DNA from: Amoebophrya sp. A120
Taxonomy: Eukaryota; Protista; Dinoflagellata
Direction: 5' to 3'
DNA: 64,000 nucleotides
NCBI GenBank assembly: GCA_905178155.1
Contig: CAJINV010000002.1
Location: 967,809 to 1,031,808, forward strand
The translations under genes were made by a program, and so were the position numbers. Positions 36,035 through 47,600 of the stretch are shown in pieces (the first letter of the stretch is position 1; the number at the start of each line of letters is the position of its first letter). The notes beneath the pieces are model-generated. The model saw only the letters and a list, made by a program, of their open reading frames with translations. It did not search any database and was not told the origin of the DNA.

Positions 36035-36905
36035 CCGGAGGAATCCTCTCCGGAATCCCCTCCCGAAATCGACGTTGTGCCGCCGGGGAAAGACCGCGAA
36101 GGACGGCGCCAATCCGGTCAGTGGATTCCGGAGAGGATTTCGGAATCCTCTCCGGAATCCTCTGTGGAATCCTCCTCCGAAATCGAGGTCGTGCCGTCGG
36201 GGAAAGGGCGCCAAAGACGGCTCAACTTGGGCCAGAGGATTCCGGAGAGGATTTGGGAATCCTCTCCGGAATCCTCTGCGGAATCCTCCCCCGAAATCGA
36301 GGCCGTGCCGTCGGGGAAAGGGCGCCAAAGACGGCTCGACTTGGGCCAGAGGATTCCGGCGAGGAAAGGGCGCGAAACACGGCTCAACTTGGGCCAGAGG
36401 ATTCCGGAGAGGATTTTGGAATCCTCTCCGGAATCCTCTGTGGAATCCTCCCCCGAAATCGAGGTCGTGCCGTCGGGAAAAGGGCGCGAAAGACGGCTCA
36501 ACTTGGGCCAGAGGATTCCGGAGAGGATTTTGGAATCACTCTCCGGAATCCTCGGTGGAATCCTCCCCCGAAATCGAGGGAGTGCCGTCGGGGAAAGGGC
36601 GCCAAAGACGGGCCAACTTGGGCCAGGGGATTCCGGAGAGGATTTTGGAATCCTCTCCGGAATCCTCTGTGGAATCCTCCCCCGAAATCGAGGCAGTGCC
36701 GTCGGGGAAACAAAGGGCGCGAAACACGGCTCAACTTGGGCCAGAGGATTCCGGAGAGGATTTTGGAATCCTCTCCGGCATCCTCTGTGGAATCCTCTCC
36801 CGAAATCGAGGGCGTGCCGTCGGGAAAAGGGCGCGAAAGACGGCTCAACTTGGGCCAGAGGATTCCGGAGGGGCTTCCGGAATCCCCTCCGGAATCCTCC
36901 GTGGA
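36035..36905. repeat. Tandem array of about 7 units of about 115 bp
   Basis: gaatcctctccggaatcctc...cgaaatcgagg..gtgccgtcggggaaagggcg...ggctcaacttgggccagaggattccggagagg repeated. Confidence 0.95.
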
Positions 36906-38560
36906 AAATGTGCGCCGGTTTGCCGGGGCCGCCAGGTTGCTCGCAATCCGCAGCAGACTGTGGCGATTTAAGCACACGAGACGCCAACACAGACGCGGCG
37001 CGGTTGTGTACACAAACAGCAGCGGAGTCCATGCGCGCGCCGCCTTTTCGGTTGCATTGCGACACACTTTAGCACGACCTAAGCCGAAGGTTTTCCGGGA
37101 AACCTTAAACGACGTTTCCCGAGCGGAATCCATTGATTTCTGGGTCTCACAGCGTCATATTCTCAAAAAAAAATCGTTGCAGTAGTAGATCAGAGGCGCG
37201 ACGCCAAGGGCTGAATTACATAGTCACAAGCTCATTCGTTCTCTGGTGCTCTCTCGCTACGTTTTTTTTGTTTGATCGGAAAAAAATGAAGTTCTAGCAT
37301 TAAAGTTTGTTCGCGCAACAGGTGGTTGGGAATGTGCTTACTTTCAGCTTGTTTGAAGTTCTTTTTTGTCTATTCGGATCGTGTAGTAGATGCTCAAGTT
37401 ACAACAGATGCACTGCAGCGGGGGACGAGAGGACAAACATAGCGGCACTGGATGTTTTAGTTTTTCCCCCGATGAATAAACACGAAGCAAATTATGCGGC
37501 TTGTTGGAGGTGGTGGCCGTGGCTTTCGTACCATAGCAACACACTAGCTGTGAATATATCACCTTGATATCGCAGCTCTCTCAACAGTGTCCTCTTCGTC
37601 AGGACCTGGTCCTGGTCACCAGGAGCATTGACTTCATTAGAACAGCACCGCGCCATGATAGTATTTAATGCTCAACACTTTTTTGATGTTGAGTCTGGTC
37701 TCGTGTCTGTGCCACTCACGTAAGTTTATGTTTAGGTAGGGACTGCACGACACAAGTTGCTTTCCTTGATATGGTCGTATGTAAAGCATTCGTCGCCAAG
37801 GAAACCTCAAATTTCCGTCTTTCTAGCGACAGTATGTCGCCATCGTTTTCTTTTTCAGTAAAACCATATTAAGTGCTGACTGATGTCTATCGGCGTGGGT
37901 CCCATGAGATCCTGCCTCCATATGGGTCTCCCTGTGCATGTGCTAGTCGTCGTTAATATCCCAACCACGTGGCTTTTTTTTTTATAGTTTATTTAGGTTT
38001 TTTATTTTTTTACAGACAACGTAAAATAGTAATAGACGACTTTTCGCCAAGAACCTCCTGTAGCTGCACACAAATCATACACAGTGTTAATGGTAAGTCG
38101 AAACATGTTCAGGATTTTTTGTATGTATCCACAGTTGTACTTGTATAGCATGTAGGGAAGCACTGCCTGGCGCTGCAGCACCAGATATACTTTGGCACGT
38201 CCGCAGCAGCCTGGAAGTATTCTCCTCCATTTTATCTGATAGTGCGTTCATTTTTCTCTTTACGCTCTTGTTCTTCTTATTCTATGCAGTGGCGCACAGA
38301 GGAATATTTCATTTTCAGATTTTCATGTGGCGCAAGGAAATACTAAAATGAGGAAAAAAAAGCAATCTTAAAATATAAATAGTAGCTTCAGCGCATGCCT
38401 ATCGCCCCGTCCCCCCGTAGTTGCAGCTCCTTCCCTCCATACTAGTACTATCCCCGGTTGTAAAGCCAAAAGCGACTTTCCGTCAATTCATGCACCGCGG
38501 CAGCCCTCTACTTCCTCTCCAGTATTTCTATTGCATAGGTAAATCGGCTTATCGGCATGT

Positions 38561-41500
38561 TTAGAAACTCCTCGCGCAATAGAGTCGCTCCCGGTCCAAA
38601 ACGGCTTGCGTGTTTTCCTCATTCAAGTTGCCACCAAGCCCGTACTATGCATTGCAAATATGTCTGGGTCTGGAAGGTTGCAACTTGTCATGCTAATTCT
38701 GGATAGTGCAAAAATCTGCGTTGCATGAATACCAAAAGCTACAGCGCACTTTTCACCAAGCTGAGAGGGAGTTTCTCATGCAGACGAGGCATGATAGAGG
38801 TCGGACAGAATTTGTCATGCTGGGTCATGTATGACAGCCCTCACGTGTCATGGAAAACCTGCATGACAAGTCTTCCAACCTTCCAGACCCAGACATATTT
38901 GCATTTGATACGTACACTGGAGGCTCGGTAAACATGATTTCCGTCCGGATCTGGGGGGTCGATGTTATGAATTGCAAAAGTATCGTACTCATAGTAATCG
39001 CAATTATGCATGATAAATCTTCTCTCCAAGGTAAAACAGCATGACAAATATCATGTGTCATGCTCAGCTAATTTGTATTGCAATACTACGAGTACGATAC
39101 TTTTGCACAGGATAGATGTAGTTGTGGCATCATTTTTACCACCACCACCTGCAGCTTCATGATGTTGTTCAACATCCGTACGGGAAGTAGTACTAGCACC
39201 TTGTTCTGTCATGACCCTCACCACTCGTATCCGTATCCGACTTTTCAAGGATTTGAAAAGCAGGTAAAGCCCCACAAACTGTATGAACTGCAAACGTATC
39301 GTATTCGTGTAAATGCATGACAAATTCCCTCAGCATGAGAAATAAAATTTGTAATGCGGATTTACCTTTAAAAAAAAAATTTGTAATGCATGATTGCAAT
39401 ACGAGTACGATACTTTTGCACAGGATAAACTGCCCGTTTTGGCGATTGAACGTCAACCCGAGATGCATGGTTATCGGCTGGCCCGTATCAACTGCAAAAG
39501 TATCTGGGTCTGGAAGGACGCAAGTTTGTCATGCTTGACTCACATGAGTCTTAAACCTGCAATGCGTGAGCAGGAAAACAAGAGCCTCCTGCCTGTCATG
39601 CAAAAATGTAGTTTGTCATGCGGAAAGCGAAACACAAAGGCGCCCAGAAACTTGCCATGCGTGGCTGCCTATAGCAGTGTCCCCACAATTCATGAATTAG
39701 CATCACAAATTTCCAGACCCAGACATTTTTGCATTTGATAGCCCGACCTCGGCTCACTAAAGGGTTGGCCGTTGGTCATCACGATCTCGTCCAAAGTTTC
39801 TTTTTCTAGTTGCACACCCAGATTTATCTTCACTGGTTGTGGTTGTGCGCCGGTACTGGTGGGGTATTGCTGTCCTCGTGGATGCTGGAGTAGGTTTTGA
39901 TGTTCTGGTGGTAGCTGTAGCGCAAATCCAGCAGGACGACCACTTGTTGTACCAAGACCATCGATCCCGTAGTTCTGGGGTGCTACCACTGCTCCCGTGA
40001 TGGGGTCGAGGAAGACCATCTGCGGCGGATATTGGTATTGCGCTTGCAGTAGTTGTGCAGCTCCTCGCATGACTGCACTATTGTCATGCATCGCTAGCGT
40101 GCGTGTGGCCGCGGCGGCTTTGCCGGGGGTGATCAAGGAAAGCCGCAACTGCCGCGGCCTCGCCGGGTCGTTGGAGGGGGTCATTTGGAAAAAATCCAGG
40201 GCCGCCTGCTCCCGATTCTCGCATTCCTCGGAGAAAAAGACGTCTTTCAACAAGTTCTCAAAGATTTTTTTCCGCACCGCGTAGTCCGTACCGATAATTT
40301 TCTCCTGGTTTATTCTAGTCGCCTTCCTGCGCCGCCGGTCCCCGATTTCGGTTTTGATGTACAGCACGTCTTGGGATTTGTCAAACAAACGCTGCAGAAA
40401 CTTGTTCATTTTCTCCACCGATAATGGGAGCGCGAGCCGCTTCCTGATTTCTCGGTACAAAGCCGTGTCCTTCTCAAACCGGCGCTGCGTTTCGTGGAGC
40501 TTCCACTGGCGCATATCTTGAAAGGCTCGGGAAGACTCGTGTTCGGCTGCCTCCTCGTCGGCGATATCAAAGTCCGTTACGCCATGCAATTTCTCCACCG
40601 CCCAATCAGGGAGGGGGGACCAGTACCCGCGGCCCCCTTTGGCTCTCGAAAGTTGCATCTTTTCGCGGAAGTCTTGCGTGAGGGAGGATAGTGCTTGAGT
40701 AGGACGACCACTTCTTGCACGACCTCCGCTCATTGTACTACTGGGACCCCCTCCACCCGCCTCGCGACGGTCGGCAAATTGATTTTGTCCACCAGGTGGT
40801 GTTCCTGCGGAGGACACAGATTCTGCAACTCCTGGCCGGCGCGGCGCAGCCCACGCAGTGTGGCCCGACGAGGAGGTGGATGACGACGACCAGGGATTAT
40901 CGGAAGGAGATAGACTTCCGTGGAAGTGACCCGCTGCGGTATCAAATGTAAAAATGTCTGGGTCTGGAAACTTGTGATGCTGAATTGCGCATGATTGAAG
41001 CGCTTCCAATGGTAGCCAAGCATGACAAGTTTTTGAGAGGCCTGCTGATGCCTAGCACGCATTACAAATTGCGTTTTTGCATGACACAGAAAGCCTCTGT
41101 TTTGCTGCTCATGCAACACAGATTTTCCAGGAATGCATGACACGCATTACAAGTTCAACTTTTCCAGACCCAGACACTTTTGCAGTTGATATGCGGACGA
41201 ACTTGACGTTTCAGTGATGCTCTGGGATGGTGCGCTTCTTCCTCCAAGCTGGTCCTCGTTTAAAATTCCGTTAGTTCTTTCCGCATGTGGAAGTTGATCT
41301 AAATCTACTTCATTCGGGTAGGATAACAACAGTTGGTTCACCAGGGGCCAAATGCCCTCATCGTGTTCTTTTTTCATCTCCTTCCTCAACTTTTCCGGCC
41401 ATTCCGCGTTTCCGCTCTTCAAAGCTGCGGCAAAATTCGCGTTGTCGACCGGGAAGTTACGGAGAAATTCGTGCACGGTGGCGACAAATTCGGGGGTGTG

Positions 41501-43099
41501 GAAAAATTCCTCTTCTACCCCTGGCGGGGTACTCGAGGACCCCGTGGAGTCAGCCTCAGGAGAGGACTTCTCGGCATTCATCTCGCTAGCCGGTAGGTCT
41601 TGAGGAGGTACTAAATCTTCCTGTAGCTGCACGCGGGCGTGCGGTATGAAAGAGCCGGCGCCGGGTTTGAACTTGAAATAGCTCGGTGGAGGTACGGAAG
41701 ACATATTCATCATCTGCACACCTAGTACACCTGAAGTAGGCGTCGACTGCTCCGCTGTAGTTGTCGTGCTGGCCAGCACCTCAGAAGCTGCAGTGTGGTT
41801 TCCTCGTTCGCCGCGCAGGCGCAGCGCCGGTTGTTCCGGAATCGGAAATGATACAGCGGTGGTACTGGTACGAGAAGAAGACGCCCCCGGGCCAACATCA
41901 GCACCTCCACTCGATAAAACATTAAACGCAGGAGGTGCAGCTTGTCGTAGTCCTCGTGGTCCTGCTTTCTTATCGGAGATGGTGACGGTTTCTTTTCGTG
42001 CACCAGCAGCAGGAGCTCCAAAGAATGATGTGGCATCTGCGCCCCTCCTTGCACTACTACTCGCACTCGCACCAACATCTACTACTTCCAGCTGATCTTG
42101 CTTTGGTGTCGTAGCAGGAGGTGCAGGACTAGAAATGGTATTGTTGAGCCTAGTAGATGTAGAACGACTAGGACTTATGTTGGTGGACGACGACGAGGAC
42201 GACCCACTGGTGGGCGCAGCTTTTGCTTTGTCACTATCCCATCTACTACCTTTGTAGTTGTTCTGTAGACCGGATGAAGATGTTCTTGCTGGTCGTTCTT
42301 CTTTTATTCTGGTGATTCTTCGACGTGCCGCATCCAATTCTTTCTTTATTCCCTCTCTCTTCCAGGGCTTGTTCCTAACAGGCGATGGAGCTGGTGCGCG
42401 AGGCAGCTGCGCACGTTTAGAAGTAGTACTCTTCTTCGCAGTAGACGAAGCACCACCTCCGGCTTGACGTGCAACTGTTTCTAAGCTTGGAAAATCGTCG
42501 GGACTTTGGAGCTGAAAGGTCACGGTACGTCGTCGAGGATCAGGGCCAAGATCATGATGTACTTCATGACCCCCTCCTAGTACAACGTGGGGGCCAGTAT
42601 TGTGTTGAGCAGGAAGATCTTCTTCTATTTTGAAAATTGGAGGCCGCGGATCCACCAGGTCAATATCATCTGTGCGACGAAAATGAAATGAGGTGTCAGG
42701 TGCCGTTGCCGAAGAGTTGTAGACAACTTCCGCTATGTGAGAATAGAACCTGGTGTTGTTCTCCGCTGCGTCATTGTCCACGTTGTGGAACAAATCAATT
42801 TCATGTGCATTTTGAGGTCCCTCTCGCGAAGATCTTGTTCCTGAATGAAGATCATTCGTGGTACTAAAAACTGTGTCATTGTTTCCGGCTGAAACATCGT
42901 CAGCTACAGGAGGATCATCAGCATCACGTCGAGAGGACCTTGTCGTCTTTGCAGCCTCCGCGCACCAGGTCGATGTTGAAAACGACGCGTTGCCGTTGCC
43001 GCCGTGGTTGCCGAAAATCGACGTAGTATTAACTTTCCCCTCGCCGGAGAGGAAAAAGTTGTAGAGGTAAGCCGCCAAAAATGAACGCAGTTTCAACAT
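38561..43099 (-). CDS. Host gene D: large low-complexity uncharacterised protein, 6 exons
   Basis: MLKLRSFLAAYL...; frame traced open across five introners (element plus one TSD removed each time) to ...ERLYCARSF* at 38561. Confidence 0.8.
38646..38910. mobile_element. Introner (TCTGGGTCTGGAA family)
   Basis: IR, TSD CGTAC. Confidence 0.9.
38966..39114. mobile_element. Introner
   Basis: IR, TSD GATGT. Confidence 0.9.
39282..39427. mobile_element. Introner
   Basis: IR, TSD AACTG. Confidence 0.9.
39486..39740. mobile_element. Introner (TCTGGGTCTGGAA family)
   Basis: IR, TSD GCCCG; inverted homologue of 46106-46368. Confidence 0.9.
40940..41191. mobile_element. Introner (TCTGGGTCTGGAA family)
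   Basis: IR, TSD TGCGG. Confidence 0.9.
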
Positions 43100-44683
43100 C
43101 TTGGCTTTTTGTTTTCCTTTTTCAGGTCGTGGCCGTGGGAGAAATAATGTATGAAGTAGGCTTTTACTAATGGCTAAATTTCGATCATGAAATTCAAATT
43201 CAGAGTTAAACACCCACGAAGTGAAAGGGTGCAGCTCCACCTACAACGGCTTTTCAAAAATTTAAATCCAAATAGTCGAACAAAAAATATAAAACATCAA
43301 TGTCGTGGAAAATTCCTATATGCGATTCTTGCGTAGAAGTTCAATGATTATGATATGAAAGAGAAGAAAACGTACTTGATCTCAGTCTCCTGTTTCTTGA
43401 AGGAGACACAGCCTCTCGTAAAAATGTACAGTATTCGTATATTGAGAGGTTCTGGTGGCATGCGCTCTTTCATCAATCAGGGCTATGAGTATGAGTACGT
43501 ACTTTTGACCGTATCATATACTTTCTTGACGTGATGCGATGTATCACGCACAGAGTCGACGTCGAGCGGAGTATGAGCAACAATACTTCTGCTGCCGACA
43601 GGTACTAAAGTTGATGATCCCGTTCGTCATGTTGATCAGTTCTCCCGCTGGAGCGTGCGACTGTAGTACGTTAGAGAGATCCTTCTAGACCACAGTCGCA
43701 TAATGGACCTTGACCTTCTAGCTGCCGCATGACAGCACTATACACTACACAGGACCTTCGTCACCTTCTTCTTGATGATCTGCATCTGATGTTCACGAAC
43801 ACAAAGCGGTGCAAAGCTGAGTCCCGAGAAGAACGCGTGCTAGAAGTTGTGTACTCTTTTGGCTCACGGTTTTTTTTTTCATTTCCTGCGAAAGAACGAA
43901 GGTTGTGTCGTGCACAAAAAAGCTGTGCGAGATTGCGAAGATTTGGCTCTCCTTCTTTTTTACTTCTATCTTCGAGCAAACTTCTGAGTTCGAATTGTCT
44001 AACAAACTATGATGACAAAAACAACTTTATTAAAACAGGTAGTCTATCTTGACAATTTACAAGGAAAAATGTCTTGTCGCTTTGAATGTCGGTGTCGTTG
44101 TATTGAAAATAAGTAGTTACATCGCTTGATTTGTACGAAAAAAAGAATCACTATCGCGATCCCCGCTGTTAAAAGTAGAGCCACCTTTGTTAATAGGCCC
44201 TGCTTTCACAGTAGACTCGTTCGTGTTGCAGCAGCGCTTTCCACAGGGACGGTCATCTTCACGTACACGTAAGTACTGCAAAAATAAAAAAGATACATCG
44301 CACCGGGATTACACTAGCACCTCCAGCATCCGGTGCCAAGCAGAGCAGATAATATCATTTGATTTATAGAGCAGCAAAACAAGACCACTGGGTCGTTCTG
44401 GAAACTCATCGCGACAAATAAGATGAAAGCATCAACAGCTTCTCCGCGTAGTTCCATACGTGCTGGAGTAAGTTCATTTTTTTCGTAGTTGAAAAAGAAA
44501 AAGCAAAAAAATCATATAGATGCTGAGTCGAAGTACAACTTGGACCCAACTCTATAGTTTACGCTAGTTAGTATAGTCGTCGTAGCGGGTACAACGCTCA
44601 CGTGGTTTCAATATTGCTATCATATACACTGTCGGTTCAATATCTCCAAGACAATCCTCCGCGCCGCACCCTCACTTGGTTCT

Positions 44684-47600
44684 TTACGAAGAGACCCCGA
44701 TCAGGGAGCCGGCGATACAGACTTGGACGAAGCCCGCGAGCAGAAATTTGTAGTTTCTTTCTCCCTCGATCTCCCCAAAGACCGCCGCACCCCAGATCAA
44801 CGCGACCAGCCCCGCGAAGGAAGGCACTAGGGGATAGGCGATCACGAATCCCAACGTGTCATTCGCGATAAACCAGCAAATCTGGCCGAGACCCCAGATC
44901 ACGCCGGAGAGGAAACCGGGAAGGATGGTGCGGGGAGACACGTAGGCCGGTTGGTTCTTGGAAACGCAGCAATAGATCAACCTGTAATTTGGATGGATTT
45001 GGTATTTGCTATGGTACTAGGCCGATGAGGATCCTCGATGAAGAACATGATGATGCTATTCAGTTTTTGCGGTTTGGCATGAAAAATGTGCATCACAGCT
45101 TGTCCTTGTCACCCTAATTAGCATGGAAAAATTCTAAGTAGACTCAGAAAATCTTATGCTAGTATATGACCTGCTCAAACGTTAACGTTACAATCTCAAA
45201 CGTTACAATAGAATTCGAAAATCTGTGATGCAAGAAGTGCATGATCTAGCCAAGTCTCATACGACTGCGCATGACAAGTTCCGGAGTCCCAAACCGCACT
45301 ACAATCTGCCGAAATTTGTGTTGCAGAAAGTGGAGTGGTCTGCGAGTCTGTCATGCTCATTATGCAAGACAAAATCCAGATTCTATTGTAACGTTTGAGA
45401 TTGTAACGTTTGAGCAGGCCATATAGTAGATTACATTGCGATCGTCGACATGACGAAAATTCCCGTGTAGTGCCAGAAAATGTAGTATCCACAGAAAATG
45501 ATTTACCGTGCACGCACGACGTGCATGCCCGCATGACAAATCCCTTGTCGTATCTTATTCACGCATGACAAGTTCAATTTGTGCTTCTTGCCTTATGATC
45601 AATTAATGCATTTTGGACGTCGTCCTCGTCGTGTACAGTAAATCAATTTGTATTGCGTATGTAGCTGAGGATGTTTTGCGGCGCTCCGGGATAGCGGTCC
45701 ATCACGTAAAAAACCGGGTTGAAGGTGACACCGTAGAGTAGCCCGCTACACAGACAGAGGATGAAACCTTGAAAAAAAATTTTGTCGTACGTGACTACGC
45801 ATGTCAAGCAGGCACCACAATTGCAATGCATGGACCTCGTCCTGCTGGCCAGGATACATCATGATCTGCTCAGAAGTTGTACTGTAAAAAAACCATCTTG
45901 ATGCACCAAACAGATGATAGGAAAAACAAAATTCCTACCGACAAAGCGTTCCTTAGACGCTTCCCACCATTCGTCCATTCGTTTCGACGCCATGGACTTC
46001 CGGTTCCCATTATTCGCCCCAGCACCTTCGCACTCCGACACCACGGCGCCCAGTGCGTGGTCCAAGTTCTTCTTGACTCCGTCGTGATTGTTCACGGCGC
46101 TGCCATATGCATTGCAAATATGTCTGAGTGTGAAAACAGAAACTTGTGATGCTAATCTATGAATTGTGGGACACTGCAATATCATGCAGGCACGCATGAC
46201 AATTCGCTGGGCTCCTTTGTGTTTCGCTTTCCGCATGACAAACTACATTTTTGCATGACAGGCAAGAGCAGGCTCTTCTCCTGCTCACGCATTACAGGTT
46301 CAAGAGTCATCTGAGACAAGCATGACAAACTTGCATTCTTCCTGACCCAGACATCTTTGCAATGCATATACCACTGACATTGTTCCCCGACGGGGGGGCG
46401 GTGCCTAAGAACGAGCCGGCGATATGGAGCCCTCAGGTTTGAAATTCTCTGTGATGCATAAAACGCGACTCAGGAAGTGACTGCATTGCAGAGGACGTAC
46501 TGGGGACTGACTATTGTCCTGCTATGGGTTAAGAATTGGGCTGCTAATTCGCATGACAGATGAGTACCCCTTTGCACTCAACAGCATGACAGACATGCTT
46601 CAATAAGTGCGCGGGAAATTTGTCATGCGCGGACTACAAATGGGGCGTCAACTGGGCTCGCTTTCCTGCATTACAGATTATTTCAACTTTGAGAATTTCA
46701 TCGAGCCTGAGGCTTTCATAAGCGACCGGGCACGCGGACGCGCAAAACGTGTTCGGGTGGAATATGGCATTCTCAAACGTTACATTCTCAACTACATAAA
46801 TTTGTGATGCAGGAATGGCAACAGGAAAAGCCCGGATCTTGCAACTCTTGCATCACAAATTCGGCACAGATTCCCATGCTGTTTAGCCCTTCCAACATTT
46901 GTCATGCGAAGCAGCTTCATTGTGTGCATGTTGATGCTCATTTTGCATGACAAATCATGTAACAGTGGAGAATGTAACGTTTGAGAGCGCCATATGGAAA
47001 TCGCGGGATTTCAACCGCAGAGGGTTGTGATCCAAATCCGTTTCATACGCCTTTTTGTCGTGCGGAGAGTCGCGAATTTCCCTCCGCATGGAGTTCAAAC
47101 GGTGCAAGTCCTCCTGAATGCTGTACTGTGCCGTCTTCCCTACTTTTGCCAAGGATCGACGCGTTGTACAACTTGTGGTGTTGTTCGCATGTTTATCCTG
47201 TGCAAAAGTATCGCACTCGTATTTCAGTATATTCGTTCGTGTGGATCGGCTCTGCTGACCGGGTAACCCATCGCCTCACATACAAAACCCTAAACCCTAA
47301 ACCCAAATTTCAGTATATGCATTACAAATCTTGTTCTTAAGCTAAATCCGCATTACAAATTTTATTTCTCATGCTGAGGAAATTTGTGATGCATTTATAC
47401 GAGTACGATACTTTTGCAATGCATAATGTTGGCCCATCCCCTGATAGCTCGCGTGGTATTGCTTGTGGGATCTGTTATTTATTCCGACTTGTTATCAACT
47501 GCAAAAGCATCGCACTCGTATAACTATAAATGCATCACAAATTTCCTCAGCATGAAAAGTAAAATTTGTAATGCAGATCTACCTCAAGAACAAGATTTGT

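Larger units (their letters stand above)
35057..37164. mobile_element. Non-autonomous TIR element filled with tandem repeats, MULE-like
   Basis: TIR gaga-nnn-tga(g/c)gctgtgagaccca; flanked by A10 (35047-35056) and A9 (37165-37173), compatible with a 9-bp TSD. Confidence 0.7.

Noticed and set aside
36035-36905. CRISPR-like array
   Set aside because: Units repeat along their whole length with no unique spacers; eukaryotic context and no cas genes
35152-37185. Long ORFs of 677, 635 and 315 aa
   Set aside because: Stop-free by-products of GC-rich tandem repeats, open in several frames on both strands
39394-39738. Recurrent short peptides (MHCKSIAL.., QMQKCLGL.., FPDPDIF..) in many ORFs as a protein family
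   Set aside because: They are translations of introner terminal repeats
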